64,000 nt of DNA from an uncultured Bacilli bacterium (GCA_944369075.1 CALVXK010000007.1:4362-68361); one strand, 5' to 3'; counted from the stretch's first letter, positions 1 through 11,646 are shown. Made by a program: numbers and translations. The notes: generated from the sequence alone by a model not told the origin.

Positions 1-1055
1 ATAGAGATTATTCTGATTTAATGCGTTATGAAGATACAGTTTATAGCGATAAATGGGGTATTGGAATTAAATCTAAGAAAGATAATGATCAAAATGATAT
101 TTATTATATTTCCGAAATAAGTGTTAATTCTCCATTTAATAATGAAATGATTAGAGCTGATGATAGAACTATTTTCCAAGTTACACCAGATTTCTATATC
201 AATTATCTTACTGTTAGAACAGAAGAAGGAACTTATGTAACAGTATTTGGCAACGATGATGGTGGAGCTGAAGCTATTATTTCTACTTTAGATCAAGGTA
301 TTGCTATTCAAGATAGTGACTTTAAAACTCTTGGCGGCGGTATTAGATCTTCATTAATTACTACAGTTATTTTAATCTTATTTACAATTGTATTCTCCTT
401 GCCTTTAGGGGTTGGTGGTGCAATTTATCTAGCATATTATGCTAAAAACAATCGATTAACTAGAATATTAAGATCTTTAGTTGACATGTCTAGTGGTATC
501 CCTTCCATTATTTTTGGTCTTGTTGGTGCAGCAATATTTATTCCAATAATGTCATCAATGACTGGCGCAGTTGGAGGAAACGTAATTACTGGTTCATTAA
601 CTTTAACATTAATTTTACTTCCTACAATTGTTAAAACAGTTGAAGAATCGATAAAAGCAATCAATCCTTCGTTAATTCAAGGTTCTTTAGCTTTAGGTGC
701 TTCTAACTTCCAAACAATTTTCAAGATTATTATTCCAAATTCTTTAGACGGTATTTTAAATGCTGCTATCTTATCAATAGGTAGAGCAATCGGAGAAAGT
801 GCAGCCTTAGTTTTTGCAATGGGTACTTTAATTACAGCTACCCCATCATTAACTTCTTCTAACACTTCTTTAGCTGTTCATATTTGGTATATCTTAAGTG
901 GTGAACATCCAGCTTATGGACAAGCTTGTGCTATTTCAATCATGATTTTATGTGTTGTTTTAGTATTATCGATTATCTCTAAAGTCATTCCAATTTTACT
1001 AAATAGAAGAAAGAAAAAAGGAGCTAAGCAAAATGTTAAACCTATTCAAAAATAA
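1..1055 (+). CDS. pstA: Phosphate ABC transporter permease PstA, 5'-truncated by the window edge, with an extra extracellular N-terminal region
   Basis: Frame is open back to base 3; '[10 protein letters not shown]', 'GSLALGA', '[10 protein letters not shown]' motifs; upstream of pstB. Confidence 0.9.
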   Translation, partial: RDYSDLMRYEDTVYSDKWGIGIKSKKDNDQNDIYYISEISVNSPFNNEMIRADDRTIFQVTPDFYINYLTVRTEEGTYVTVFGNDDGGAEAIISTLDQGIAIQDSDFKTLGGGIRSSLITTVILILFTIVFSLPLGVGGAIYLAYYAKNNRLTRILRSLVDMSSGIPSIIFGLVGAAIFIPIMSSMTGAVGGNVITGSLTLTLILLPTIVKTVEESIKAINPSLIQGSLALGASNFQTIFKIIIPNSLDGILNAAILSIGRAIGESAALVFAMGTLITATPSLTSSNTSLAVHIWYILSGEHPAYGQACAISIMILCVVLVLSIISKVIPILLNRRKKKGAKQNVKPIQK

Positions 1056-1890
1056 GAAAAAAGATGTTAACTCTGATGTTAATAATGAGATGTTAAGTAA
1101 TGATGAATTACCTTATTCTAATGAATATCCTAATGAACAAGTAATGTTTGAAGTCAAAAATTTTAATTTCTATTACGATAAAAAATCCAAACTTGCTTTA
1201 AAAGATATTAATCTTGAAATCTTTAAAAATAAAGTTACAGCATTTATTGGTCCTTCTGGATGTGGTAAATCAACACTTTTAAGATGTTTTGACCGTATGA
1301 ATGAACTTATTCAAGATTCTTCTTATGATGGACAAATTCTTTATAAAAATAAAGAAATTCATTCTTTCAATACTATTGAACTTAGATCAAAGGTTGGTAT
1401 GGTTTTCCAACAACCTAACCCATTCCCTATGTCAATTTATAATAACGTCTCTTATGGTCCAAAATGCCAAGGCCTTAAAGATAAAAAAGAATTAGATAAA
1501 ATTGTCTTAAATTCTTTAAAAGACGTTGGTTTATATGATGAAGTTAGCGATAGATTAAATATTTCTGGATCATCTTTAAGTGGCGGTCAACAACAAAGAC
1601 TTTGTATTGCTAGATGTATTGCAATGTCTCCAGATGTTATTTTAATGGATGAGCCTACAAGTGCTCTTGATCCTATTGCAACTCAAAAAATTGAAGAATT
1701 AATTAAGAAACTTAAAGAAAAATATACTATAATTATTGTTACTCACAATATGCAACAAGCTGCAAGAATTTCAGATTATACTGCTTTCTTTATGCTTGGC
1801 GAACTTGTAGAATTTAATAAGACAGAAGAATTCTTTGCTCGTCCTAAAAACAAAAAGAGTGAGGATTATATTACAGGTAAATTTAGTTAA
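1033..1890 (+). CDS. pstB: Phosphate ABC transporter ATP-binding protein
   Basis: GPSGCGKS Walker [25 protein letters not shown]-terminal 'DYITGKF'. Confidence 0.96.
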   Translation: MLNLFKNKKKDVNSDVNNEMLSNDELPYSNEYPNEQVMFEVKNFNFYYDKKSKLALKDINLEIFKNKVTAFIGPSGCGKSTLLRCFDRMNELIQDSSYDGQILYKNKEIHSFNTIELRSKVGMVFQQPNPFPMSIYNNVSYGPKCQGLKDKKELDKIVLNSLKDVGLYDEVSDRLNISGSSLSGGQQQRLCIARCIAMSPDVILMDEPTSALDPIATQKIEELIKKLKEKYTIIIVTHNMQQAARISDYTAFFMLGELVEFNKTEEFFARPKNKKSEDYITGKFS

Positions 1891-1923
1891 TACTTTATAT
1901 AATATTGAAAGGAAAATATTTAT

Positions 1924-2556
1924 ATGGATATTGCAAAAACTGAACTTGAATTAGTAGAAATGGCTAAATTCGTTAAAGAATCTCTTCATTTTGCTTTTTC
2001 TTACTATTTTGATAAAAATCTAAATAAAGAAAATATCATTGATGATGCTAAAGTTAATGCTTACGAAAGACAAATCGAAGAAGAATGTCTTCTTTCAATC
2101 TTAAAAGAAAGACCTTTTGCTACAGATTTAAGAAAATTAACTGGATATTTTAAAGTTGTAGAAGATTTAGAAAGACTAGGAGATCATGCTGAAGATATTG
2201 CATGGTGTACTTCTTCTTTAGCTAAGTTTAAAGAAAATATTCGTATTCCTAAACTCGATTTTATGATTAACGAATGTTTAAAGATGGTTGATGATTCTAT
2301 CGATGCTTTAATTAAAGGTGATGTTGCTTTAGCAAATAGAGTTATTGCAAATGATGACTTAATTGATACTACGTATTTAGACATTTTAAATCTTCTTCCA
2401 GAACTTAAAAAAGATAAAAATCTCGATGATGAATTTGTTATTTTCTATACTCTTTTAAATAAATACGTTGAAAGAATTGCTGATCACGCTTCTAATGTTG
2501 CTGAATGGGCGATATACATTAAATCAGGATTTTATAAAGATAGAAACATCATTTAA
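1924..2556 (+). CDS. phoU: Phosphate signalling protein PhoU
   Basis: Two PhoU repeats ('DLERLGDHAEDIA', 'ERIADHASNVAE'); operon context. Confidence 0.93.
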   Translation: MDIAKTELELVEMAKFVKESLHFAFSYYFDKNLNKENIIDDAKVNAYERQIEEECLLSILKERPFATDLRKLTGYFKVVEDLERLGDHAEDIAWCTSSLAKFKENIRIPKLDFMINECLKMVDDSIDALIKGDVALANRVIANDDLIDTTYLDILNLLPELKKDKNLDDEFVIFYTLLNKYVERIADHASNVAEWAIYIKSGFYKDRNII

Positions 2557-2562
2557 TTAATT

Positions 2563-3246
2563 ATGGGCTACGTAATCTACTCTCTTGAAGATGATAAAGA
2601 AATCTCAAGGGTTATTAACATAATTTTAACTAAAAACGGCAACGAAGTTGTATCTTTTTATGATGCTACAAGCTTTTTTAAAGCATTTGATAACATTAAA
2701 CCAAACATGGTACTTTTAGATTTAATGCTACCGGATATGAGTGGAGAAGATGTTTTAAAAAGAATTAGAAGTGATTCAGCTAATAAAAATATCGAAATTA
2801 TAGTTGTTAGCGCTAAAAATTCTATTATATCTAAAGTAGATATGTTAGATTTAGGAGCTGATGATTATATCGCAAAACCTTTTGAAGTCTTAGAGTTAAT
2901 TTCAAGAGTTAACGCTAAAAAAAGAAGACATGAAGAAGATGAAGTTTTAAAATATAAAGACTTAGAGATTTATCCAAAGAAATTCGAAGTAAAGAAAAAT
3001 GATAAATTTATTTCTTTTACTACTAACGAATTTAAAATCTTGCTTTATTTAATTAAAAATAAAGATAGAGTTGTTTCTCGTGATGAACTTTTTAGAGCTT
3101 ATTGGGGAACAACTAAAGAAGATAAACCTTATGAATCTAGAGTAATCGATGTTCATGTTAAAGCTATTAGAGATAAACTTTCAAGTAATAAAGATGAATA
3201 TATCATCACACTTTATGGAGAAGGATATAGATTAAAAAATGAATAA
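2563..3246 (+). CDS. phoP: OmpR/PhoB-family response regulator (PhoP-like)
   Basis: Receiver domain (LLDLMLP, GADDYIAKPF) plus winged-helix 'RVIDVHVKAIRDKL'; pst context. Confidence 0.85.
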   Translation: MGYVIYSLEDDKEISRVINIILTKNGNEVVSFYDATSFFKAFDNIKPNMVLLDLMLPDMSGEDVLKRIRSDSANKNIEIIVVSAKNSIISKVDMLDLGADDYIAKPFEVLELISRVNAKKRRHEEDEVLKYKDLEIYPKKFEVKKNDKFISFTTNEFKILLYLIKNKDRVVSRDELFRAYWGTTKEDKPYESRVIDVHVKAIRDKLSSNKDEYIITLYGEGYRLKNE

Positions 3247-4990
3247 AAAAGGGTTATTTTTTAACTTATTAATCAACATTATACTTTCTTTACTACTTCT
3301 TTTTACATGCTTTGGGGTTACTTATTTTATTAACGAAAATAACGCTAAAGAAGATTTATCACATTATGGTAATGATATTGCACTTAAATTTAATTCACTT
3401 GAAGATAAAGATTTAGTCTATAACGAATATAAAGAAATATTACATTTTAGAGTTACTATTATTCCTTTAGATTCTAATGAGGTAGTTTTAGAAGTTAATA
3501 ATATTGATGCAAATCCTTATAACGAAGATCGACTTCAAGAAATGAGAGAAAATTTAAACTCTTATTACTATAAAAAATCTAACACCCTTAAAGAAGATGT
3601 TCTTTATTATGTTTCATCTAATTCAAGATATTATGTAAGAGTTGGACTTCTTAGATCAAATATAATTAAAGCTTCGATATATGTACTTATTTTTGGTTCT
3701 ATTTTAGTTATTATCTTAAATTTACTTTATTATTTCTACTTAAGAAAAGTTTATAAAAACAATATTTACTTACTTCAAAGTGAAGTAAGTAAATTAACTA
3801 ATGTTATTAATATTAGTAATGATAAAAATAATGAAGATAGTAGTAATAATAACGAAAATAGTAATGTTTTGACTTATAACAATGATGAATTTAAAGTATT
3901 AAGCGAAACAATTGATAATACTAGAATTTTAATTTCAGAAACTTTAGAAAAATTAAAAATAGAAAAAGAAAGAATTAATTATATTATTAATAATGTTAAC
4001 GAAGGTCTAATTGTTTTAAATAGCGATAAAAACATAATAATGATTAACAATTTCGTACTAAACTTACTTAATCTAGAAAAAGATGAAATATTAAATAAAT
4101 CATATAAGTATTTAATGTTTCCTCTTAAGTTTGAAGAATATATTAACTCTTTAGATAACACTTCTTCTAATGTCAATAATTTATCCTTTGAAGAACAATT
4201 AAGTAATAATAAAATCTATGAGTTTAATTTTATTAAAACTACTTCTTATTTAAATGGTTCTTCTCCTTTAATCATCATTGTTATTAACGATATTACAAAA
4301 TTAAAAGAAGTTATTAAAACTAAGAAAGAATTTTTCCAAAATTCTTCACATGAATTAAAATCACCTTTAACTTCAATTATCGCTTATAGCGAAATGATTG
4401 ATAATAAGCTTTTAACTTCACCTGAAGAAATAGAAAATGCTAATGAATCAATCTTAAAAAACGCTAAAAGAATGAAAGAATTAATTTCAAATATGCTTTA
4501 TCTTTCATCTTTAGAAAATAACAATGAAAATTATACTTCCTTAGAATATTTAAATGTTAATGATGTCGTTAACAAAATAATTGAAGATAACATTTATAAA
4601 ATTAAATCGAAAAATATTACTTTAAATGTAATGATGAAAGATAATGTAGTTCTTTATATTGATCATAATGATTTAGATACTTTATTAAGAAATTTAATTA
4701 TTAATGCTATTCAATATGATAAAACTAATGGCTATATAGAAATCGAATTAACTCCTAACTTCTTTAGAATTAAAGACGATGGAATCGGTATTAAAGAAAG
4801 TGAAAAAGATGAGATATTTACTCGTTTTAAACGTAGTAAAGAAGCTTTACAAGTTAATGAAGAAGGAACTGGCTTAGGTTTAGCTATCGTAAAACATGTT
4901 GCATTAAAATATCATTATAAAATTGAGGTTAATTCCAAAGAAAATGAATATTCAGAGTTTATTGTTTATTTTAACGATAAGTTAAAGTAA
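3239..4990 (+). CDS. phoR: Sensor histidine kinase (PhoR-like)
   Basis: Two TM segments, PAS-like region, H-box 'SHELKSPLTSI', G-boxes 'DDGIGI' and 'GTGLGLAIVKH'. Confidence 0.88.
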   Translation: MNKKGLFFNLLINIILSLLLLFTCFGVTYFINENNAKEDLSHYGNDIALKFNSLEDKDLVYNEYKEILHFRVTIIPLDSNEVVLEVNNIDANPYNEDRLQEMRENLNSYYYKKSNTLKEDVLYYVSSNSRYYVRVGLLRSNIIKASIYVLIFGSILVIILNLLYYFYLRKVYKNNIYLLQSEVSKLTNVINISNDKNNEDSSNNNENSNVLTYNNDEFKVLSETIDNTRILISETLEKLKIEKERINYIINNVNEGLIVLNSDKNIIMINNFVLNLLNLEKDEILNKSYKYLMFPLKFEEYINSLDNTSSNVNNLSFEEQLSNNKIYEFNFIKTTSYLNGSSPLIIIVINDITKLKEVIKTKKEFFQNSSHELKSPLTSIIAYSEMIDNKLLTSPEEIENANESILKNAKRMKELISNMLYLSSLENNNENYTSLEYLNVNDVVNKIIEDNIYKIKSKNITLNVMMKDNVVLYIDHNDLDTLLRNLIINAIQYDKTNGYIEIELTPNFFRIKDDGIGIKESEKDEIFTRFKRSKEALQVNEEGTGLGLAIVKHVALKYHYKIEVNSKENEYSEFIVYFNDKLK

Positions 4991-5138
4991 AAAAATATTA
5001 TAACTTTTTTGTCTTTTTCCAAACTGTTGATTGTTATAAAAGTAAACTTACATTATCATAAATTTAAGAATTAAAAGTGAATTTTAAAAAGATTTACTTA
5101 CTAGTTAACTAATTTTTAATACTTAGGAGATTTAAGTA

Positions 5139-5711
5139 ATGAAGAAATTTTATCTTACTTTAATAATTAGTTCACTAATTTTTACTAGCTGCTCTTCAAA
5201 CACAAGACCAGAAAATTTAAATAATGAAACTATGCATTATTTACCTATTCAAACATTAATGGATAAAGATATTGTCTTCAATACAAGTGAAGAAAAAATC
5301 AATTTTAAAGTCTTAAATTCATATTTAGATTATACTTCTATTCTATTAACAATAAATTCTTCAAATTTATTTATTTTAGATGAAAATTCAAAACTAGAAA
5401 TTGCAAAAGATGATTTTAATAACTCTCTTATTTCTTTTGTTTCTTTAAAAACTCGATATTTCACATCATACCCACTTTATTACTCTGGTTCTAGTTTTGA
5501 TGAAAAAAATAAATCAGTTGATTTAAATTTTTATTCATATAATCCAACAGAAGATGGTGCAGTCGGCACTGATTTACCTACTTACCATTATTTCTTTATA
5601 AAACTTAATAGTGTTAATAAAGATGAACTAAACGAAATAATTGTTAATTTTAATATTCAAGATTATGATGGCAAAGATATTGAAAATAATAATAAAACTT
5701 TTTCAATTTAA
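5139..5711 (+). CDS. Hypothetical lipoprotein
   Basis: AGGAG RBS; MKK, hydrophobic stretch, then 'FTSC' lipobox. Confidence 0.7.
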   Translation: MKKFYLTLIISSLIFTSCSSNTRPENLNNETMHYLPIQTLMDKDIVFNTSEEKINFKVLNSYLDYTSILLTINSSNLFILDENSKLEIAKDDFNNSLISFVSLKTRYFTSYPLYYSGSSFDEKNKSVDLNFYSYNPTEDGAVGTDLPTYHYFFIKLNSVNKDELNEIIVNFNIQDYDGKDIENNNKTFSI

Positions 5712-5726
5712 ATATTTCTTTTAGCG

Positions 5727-7385
5727 CTATTTAAGTTCTTTATAATCAATTTTACCAATTAATGTTTTAGGTAAAGAATTAATAAATACTATTTCTTTTG
5801 GCTTAGCATAAATTGAACAATTATCAACAATAGTTTGATTAATTATTTTAATAGCTTCATCTTGATTTATTTTGCTATTTCTTTCTAAAACAACGAATAA
5901 TTTTACCATTTCACCACGTTTTTCATCTTGAATGCCAATTGCAGCACTTTCATAAATGAAATCAAGTTTAGATAAAACGTTTTCAATATCGTTTGGGAAG
6001 ATATTAATTCCATTAACTTTAATTAATCTTTTAATTCTTTGTTTAAAGAAGAAGAATCCATCTTCATCAACATATCCATAATCACCTGTACGAACATATT
6101 TTTCACCATTAATATTAACAAATACTTTATCGTTTTGATCTTCAGAATCAAAACGATAACCATTCATTAAATAAGGTCCACCAACAACAATTTCTCCTTC
6201 TTTATTTGGAGGTAAAACATTTAAATTTTGATCAACTACTAGTGCTTTTACTCTTTTTAATGGTTTACCAATGCTTCCATCTTTATGTTCATAGAAATTA
6301 TTTACCATACATACAGTAACAGTTTCAGTTAAACCATATCCAGTAAATAAACGTCCCATTCCACCATTTTCTTTTATTTTTGCATTAAATTTATCAAGTA
6401 AATTTTGATTAACAAAATCGCCGCCAACAAAGCATTCAATTAAATTTTCTAGTTTCTTACCTTTAAAACCTTTATTTCTATAAAGTGCCTCAAATAATGT
6501 TGGAATGCCAACAATAAAACTACATCTATCTTTCTTAATTAATTTAACTGTTTCATCGGATGAAAATTTAGGCATTAACATATCACATCCACCAATTGCT
6601 AAAGCAATGTGAATACAAATTGAAAGACCAAAACCATGAAACATTGGAAGAACACTTAAAACATAGGCAATCTCGCCTTTATCAATTGCTAAAATATTAA
6701 AAGCATCTCCTATTAAAGTATTAATCGAAGATGAACTTAAAGCAATAGTTTTAGGAGTGCCAGTTGTTCCGCCACTATGAAGGTAAATTGAATCTTTTAA
6801 ATAATCTTTATCAAAATTATTAAATGGTAAAGGTTCAGCTTTTCTAAATTTAGAAGTATCAAAAGTTGGAACAAAATCTAAATCTTTTTTATTAAGTAGT
6901 TTATAACCTTCTTTTAAGATTAAATTTGATTCACTTACTGGTGAAATAGGAAAAACTTTAATATTTAATTTATCTTCTAAATATTTAAAATCTTTATAAC
7001 GAGTATCTAAAATAAAAAGAATTTTAGAGTCAACTTTATTCATAATATCTTCAAGTTGATTTTTGCCCATTAAAGGATGAATGATATTTGCAATTGCCCC
7101 TATTTGATTAGTTCCATAAAGTAAATACAAACTTTCAGGAACATTAGGTAAACAAATTGTAATAACATCATTCTTTTTAAAACCTAAAGATTTTAAACTT
7201 GCAGCATATTGATTTATTCTTTTAAGTAAAAAAGAATAACTATAGTATTTTCCTTTAAAATAAAAAGATTTTCTTTTTGGATAAGTTAAAGCAGTATCTT
7301 TAACTACTTCGTAAAGTGTTTTATATTGAAGTTCTAAAAATTCATATTTTCTTTCTTTTTGAATATGTAATTTACTTTTTTTCAT
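5727..7385 (-). CDS. Long-chain acyl-CoA synthetase / AMP-binding enzyme
   Basis: 'HSGGTTGTPK' P-loop, 'GYGLTE', 'RTGDYG', 'LPKTLIGKID'. Confidence 0.9.
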   Translation of the reverse strand: MKKSKLHIQKERKYEFLELQYKTLYEVVKDTALTYPKRKSFYFKGKYYSYSFLLKRINQYAASLKSLGFKKNDVITICLPNVPESLYLLYGTNQIGAIANIIHPLMGKNQLEDIMNKVDSKILFILDTRYKDFKYLEDKLNIKVFPISPVSESNLILKEGYKLLNKKDLDFVPTFDTSKFRKAEPLPFNNFDKDYLKDSIYLHSGGTTGTPKTIALSSSSINTLIGDAFNILAIDKGEIAYVLSVLPMFHGFGLSICIHIALAIGGCDMLMPKFSSDETVKLIKKDRCSFIVGIPTLFEALYRNKGFKGKKLENLIECFVGGDFVNQNLLDKFNAKIKENGGMGRLFTGYGLTETVTVCMVNNFYEHKDGSIGKPLKRVKALVVDQNLNVLPPNKEGEIVVGGPYLMNGYRFDSEDQNDKVFVNINGEKYVRTGDYGYVDEDGFFFFKQRIKRLIKVNGINIFPNDIENVLSKLDFIYESAAIGIQDEKRGEMVKLFVVLERNSKINQDEAIKIINQTIVDNCSIYAKPKEIVFINSLPKTLIGKIDYKELK

Positions 7386-7400
7386 TTTCTCTTCCTTTAA

Positions 7401-8510
7401 CTATAAATTTAAACTAAATCCAGCAATAAAGAATAATATAGCATGAATTAGTGTAATAACAGGGATATGAAGTAAATATACCCAGATAGTATGTTTTCCA
7501 ACACCACATATTGGTTTTAAGATATATTTATTCATTACATTTTTAAATTTATAATTAAATTTCTTATATGAAGATAAATTATTGTAATAATCTAATTTAG
7601 CTTGATCATTATTATTTTGATCTTTTTTAAGATCAAAATAATCTAAATCATATTTAAATAATGATTCTTTATTTTTATAGACTGTTTTACCAATAATAAT
7701 TCCAATTAAGAAGTAATTAATATAAGGGAATATTGGGAAATAATCCCCACTAACTCTAGCAAAACCAAATATATTTGAAACAATTTGAAGTAATACTTGG
7801 CTTACATCATGAATATTAGTAAAAGTAAAAGAATATGATGATAAATCAACTAAAGATGAAATAAAAATAAAGATGAATAGTAAAGTAAATGTTGTAATTA
7901 AACTTACACGGTAATAATTTTTATCGACTACTTCTTTACTTTCTTTATTAACTACACTTTTTCGATATATTATTTTTCGTAAAAATAAATCAACTAAATA
8001 ACAAAAAATAATAATAAAACCATAGCAAGATAAAACACCAAATGGAATAAAGTTACCATAGCTTATAACTCCAAAATAAGCTAAAAGGAAAGTAACAACT
8101 GAAATTAGTATGCCTCCCCCAAGAATTATTCCACCTCTTTTTAAATTATTTTTTGAAAAAGTAAAAGATATACCACTAACTGCAAAAAAGATAAATAAAA
8201 TAACAATTCTAAAAGCTTCTCTTATATCCCAATGTATATACCAATTACCAGCGCACATATAATTAAAAAGCCAATCTGGTACAACTTGTCCTAAATTATT
8301 AGGAAGATTATATAAAATACCATTAGAATAAGCTATTCCTGTATTAAACAAATAAGCAATAAAGTTACTAATATTCCAAAAAAGATGGTCCATTACCATT
8401 AAGCAAATAGCAAAACCTCTTAAAAAATCTATTTCGAAAATTCTTTTAGTTTTTGTTTTTTTAGTAACTAAAACTTTATCGGTATTTATCGATAAATCTT
8501 TTGCGTCCAT
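7401..8510 (-). CDS. DUF1624 / heparan-alpha-glucosaminide N-acetyltransferase-domain membrane protein
   Basis: 'RIFEIDFLRGFAI', 'DYFPIFPY', 'GKHTIWVYLLH'; multi-TM. Confidence 0.8.
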   Translation of the reverse strand: MDAKDLSINTDKVLVTKKTKTKRIFEIDFLRGFAICLMVMDHLFWNISNFIAYLFNTGIAYSNGILYNLPNNLGQVVPDWLFNYMCAGNWYIHWDIREAFRIVILFIFFAVSGISFTFSKNNLKRGGIILGGGILISVVTFLLAYFGVISYGNFIPFGVLSCYGFIIIFCYLVDLFLRKIIYRKSVVNKESKEVVDKNYYRVSLITTFTLLFIFIFISSLVDLSSYSFTFTNIHDVSQVLLQIVSNIFGFARVSGDYFPIFPYINYFLIGIIIGKTVYKNKESLFKYDLDYFDLKKDQNNNDQAKLDYYNNLSSYKKFNYKFKNVMNKYILKPICGVGKHTIWVYLLHIPVITLIHAILFFIAGFSLNL

Positions 8511-8606
8511 GTTTGATATTATATCGTAAAATAGATGATAAAATAAACAAAAAAATGACTATTTTTTAATTGACACTCAAGTAATTTTAGAATTCTTTAT
8601 TAAGTA

Positions 8607-8636
8607 AAAATTTCACGACTATTATCGTGAAATTTT
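8607..8636 (-). terminator. Intrinsic terminator after the GDPD gene
   Basis: Inverted repeat AAAATTTCACGA / TCGTGAAATTTT. Confidence 0.7.
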
Positions 8637-8669
8637 AATACTTGATCTTTTCTTTGACTGCTATATTTT

Positions 8670-9395
8670 TTATCTAACTAAGTCAGATTTATCAATATAT
8701 TGAAATGTAACACTATCAACATATTTTGATACTTCTTTAAAGGTATCTTTATCTTCAATAGTCCAAGCCATCATAAATTTATGTTTAACTAATTTTTGAT
8801 ATTTTTTAGACTTTTTAAAGTAATGATAATCGATATCGAGTCCTTCAAATAAAAATCTAAGATTAAAGATCCATTCATATTTTTGAGCAATTAATAGACA
8901 TCTAATAAAATTATATTTTTTAATAGGAATTAAACATTGAGGATAAAAAGAAATAATAATGAAATTAGATTTATCTTTAACTCTTTTTAATTCTTTCATT
9001 ACTCTAAGAGCTAATTTTTTATAATTTTTCTTTTTAGTATCAGGCTTTAATTCGATTACTAAAGGTACTTTTTCATCAACTAAATCTAATACTTCTTTTA
9101 AAGAAGGTATTTTTCCTCCATCTTTTAAAAGATAGTTATTCTTAATTTCTTTAAAAGTTAAATCTTCGATAATACCTTCTTTAGAAGTAGTTCTAACTAA
9201 ATTGGCATCATGACAAACAATTAATTCGTTATCTTTTGTTAAATGAACATCTAATTCAATGGCAAGGTCATTATCTAATGCATTTTTAAAAGCATTTAAA
9301 CCATTTTCAGTAAATTTTTCATTATGATAACCTCTATGAGCTACACCTTTTAAAAATTTAGGATTTAATCTTTTTAAAACTTCTTCTTTCTTCAT
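8670..9395 (-). CDS. Glycerophosphodiester phosphodiesterase family protein
   Basis: 'AHRG', 'EN...AF', 'IELDVHLTKD', 'HD', 'IELK'. Confidence 0.9.
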   Translation of the reverse strand: MKKEEVLKRLNPKFLKGVAHRGYHNEKFTENGLNAFKNALDNDLAIELDVHLTKDNELIVCHDANLVRTTSKEGIIEDLTFKEIKNNYLLKDGGKIPSLKEVLDLVDEKVPLVIELKPDTKKKNYKKLALRVMKELKRVKDKSNFIIISFYPQCLIPIKKYNFIRCLLIAQKYEWIFNLRFLFEGLDIDYHYFKKSKKYQKLVKHKFMMAWTIEDKDTFKEVSKYVDSVTFQYIDKSDLVR

Positions 9396-9398
9396 AAT

Positions 9399-10820
9399 TT
9401 AATCTTGATCTAAAGCTTCTAATCCTTTTTTGAAACCAATCTTGGCTGATTTAACATTTTTAATTAGTAAGAAAACAATTAATGAGATTGCAACACAACC
9501 AATTGCATAATAAGGTAAAATTCCAAAATCAAAACTTGGAACAAGTAAAATTGAGCCTAAAGCAATTGGAGTTACTGTTTGAGCAGCCATACTTGAAGCA
9601 TAATAATATCCAGTAAATTTACCAATTTTCTTTGAGTTACAAAGTTCGACAACCATTGGATAAGAATTAACATGTACTAAAGACATACCAAATCCTTTAA
9701 TAAACCAAATAACATATAAATAAATTGGGAAAGTACCACTTCCTGGTTGGAAAGTAAATAAAGTTGCAGCCAATACACCCCAAACTACATAGGAAGCTAG
9801 AGTTAAAGATAGTCCAAAAACTATCGTCCATTTTCTTCCAATTTTTGAGGCAATAATTCCACCTACAACAAAACCAATTACCGAACCAACTCCACCAACA
9901 ATAGTATTAATCATACTTGAAGATGAGGAAGCACCAAAATAATAAATAGTATAGTTAGTCATAAATGTTGCTATACCATTATCAGCCATAAACCAGAAAA
10001 ATTCAGCCAAAAGAATTAAAATAAGCATGATTTTATTTCCTCTTGAAAGAGGCTTATCATCATCAACTTGTTCTTTTAACTCGGTCATTTCTTCTCCAAG
10101 TTTTAATTCGTCTTTCATTTCTTCTTCAATCTTATTTTCGTTAATTTTAAAAACCAAAACTAAAGCAGAAATAATCATTAAAATAGAAGCGATTAAGAAT
10201 GGGATTTCAATAACCCAAATATTTCCAGCAGCCCATCCACCTTTTCCATTAATATCTAAATAATCACTTAAAACAAAGAAAATGCCAACAACAGTTGCAA
10301 AAGCTCCACCAATATAACCCATGATGTTAATAATACCATTAGCTCTACTTCTTAAAGGTTTTGGAGTCATATCAGGCATTAAAGAAACAGCAGGATTACG
10401 ATACATCATTGAAAATACGACTACTATTGCCATTAAAGCAATTGTTCCACCAACATTATGATAATGAAATAAAAGTGGAATAAAAGGGAAAGCAACAGCA
10501 CATACAAAAGTACCAACTAAAATATAAGGCATTCTTTTTCCTATCGGTGACTTTGTTTTATCAGATAAATGTCCAAATATTGGAAGTAAAATTAAAGCAG
10601 CTAAGTTATCAAAAGCCATAACAATACCAACAAGATATTGGACTTCTTCTTCGTTAGTTAAACTAAAAGCTTCTTTAAAAAGTTCTGTTAAAAAAGTCGG
10701 ACACCAAGAATCATATACTTGCCATAAAAGTAAGATACCAAAGAAAGCAAAGCCAATAATTATTGTTCTTTTATAATTAAGTTTTAACTTTTTTGGTTCA
10801 TTAGAAACAGATTTTTCCAT
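9399..10820 (-). CDS. MFS transporter (sugar/glycoside-type)
   Basis: About 12 TM; 'GHLSDKTKSPIGKRMPYI'; 'ASKIGRK' second MFS motif. Confidence 0.85.
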   Translation of the reverse strand: MEKSVSNEPKKLKLNYKRTIIIGFAFFGILLLWQVYDSWCPTFLTELFKEAFSLTNEEEVQYLVGIVMAFDNLAALILLPIFGHLSDKTKSPIGKRMPYILVGTFVCAVAFPFIPLLFHYHNVGGTIALMAIVVVFSMMYRNPAVSLMPDMTPKPLRSRANGIINIMGYIGGAFATVVGIFFVLSDYLDINGKGGWAAGNIWVIEIPFLIASILMIISALVLVFKINENKIEEEMKDELKLGEEMTELKEQVDDDKPLSRGNKIMLILILLAEFFWFMADNGIATFMTNYTIYYFGASSSSSMINTIVGGVGSVIGFVVGGIIASKIGRKWTIVFGLSLTLASYVVWGVLAATLFTFQPGSGTFPIYLYVIWFIKGFGMSLVHVNSYPMVVELCNSKKIGKFTGYYYASSMAAQTVTPIALGSILLVPSFDFGILPYYAIGCVAISLIVFLLIKNVKSAKIGFKKGLEALDQD

Positions 10821-10898
10821 AGTTAAAATTCCTTTACTATCCTAATTATATCAAGTAAATAAAAATTAAAATGTAAATTTTTCATTAATTTTCCATAA

Positions 10899-10930
10899 AA
10901 AATAGAACATCGATTTTGATGTTCTATTTT
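10899..10930 (-). terminator. Intrinsic terminator
   Basis: AAAATAGAACATC / GATGTTCTATTTT hairpin downstream of the 10952-11551 gene. Confidence 0.7.
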
Positions 10931-10951
10931 CTTAGCTTTTAATAATGGTTT

Positions 10952-11551
10952 TTATTTTTTTGAACTACTTGTTGTTAAGAAGAATCTTACTAGTGACATT
11001 AAGAATAAAATTCCCATACATACAGCAAAAATAATTCCGCCAATAGAAATGCAAGATGTCTCTAATAAGCCTTCAATTGAACCTTGGTTAACAACTTCTC
11101 CTAGATCAGGATTAACAAAAAGGAAAGTTAAACCTTGGCAAGCAAGAATAACAGTTGAAGCAAGTGTAAATAAAGATGAAACTCCTAAAAGTGCTTTCTT
11201 TCTATAAAAAATTATAGCAAGAAGAACACCTACAACACCTAAAATAATACCAATTAATGCGATATAATCGAAATTTAATTGATATTGAGCAGTTGCTGTT
11301 ACAGGATCACTAATTGCTTCACCATTAAGAAATGATTCTACTTTTGAAGTCATCTCAACATTTCCACCAAAAATTCCTGATAAAGGTGGGAAAGTAATTG
11401 TTGTGACGGCAAGTGCAGTAACAATTATTGTTACTTCAGCTCTAGAAACTACTTGAGGTGAAAGCAAAAATACACATAATACTGCAACTAGTAATAATAC
11501 AATGCTAATGATAGTCCAAAAAGTTCTACCAAGTGCTTTTATCACTTTCAT
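10952..11551 (-). CDS. Hypothetical membrane protein
   Basis: AAGGAG RBS; 4-5 hydrophobic segments; no family recognised. Confidence 0.7.
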   Translation of the reverse strand: MKVIKALGRTFWTIISIVLLLVAVLCVFLLSPQVVSRAEVTIIVTALAVTTITFPPLSGIFGGNVEMTSKVESFLNGEAISDPVTATAQYQLNFDYIALIGIILGVVGVLLAIIFYRKKALLGVSSLFTLASTVILACQGLTFLFVNPDLGEVVNQGSIEGLLETSCISIGGIIFAVCMGILFLMSLVRFFLTTSSSKK

Positions 11552-11646
11552 ATTATCAGTCTCCTTTTTAATCTATACTTAAATTATAAACCATAAATAT
11601 TTTCTTAAAAGATATAAAAAACATTTTGTTTAATTTACTAAAGAAA

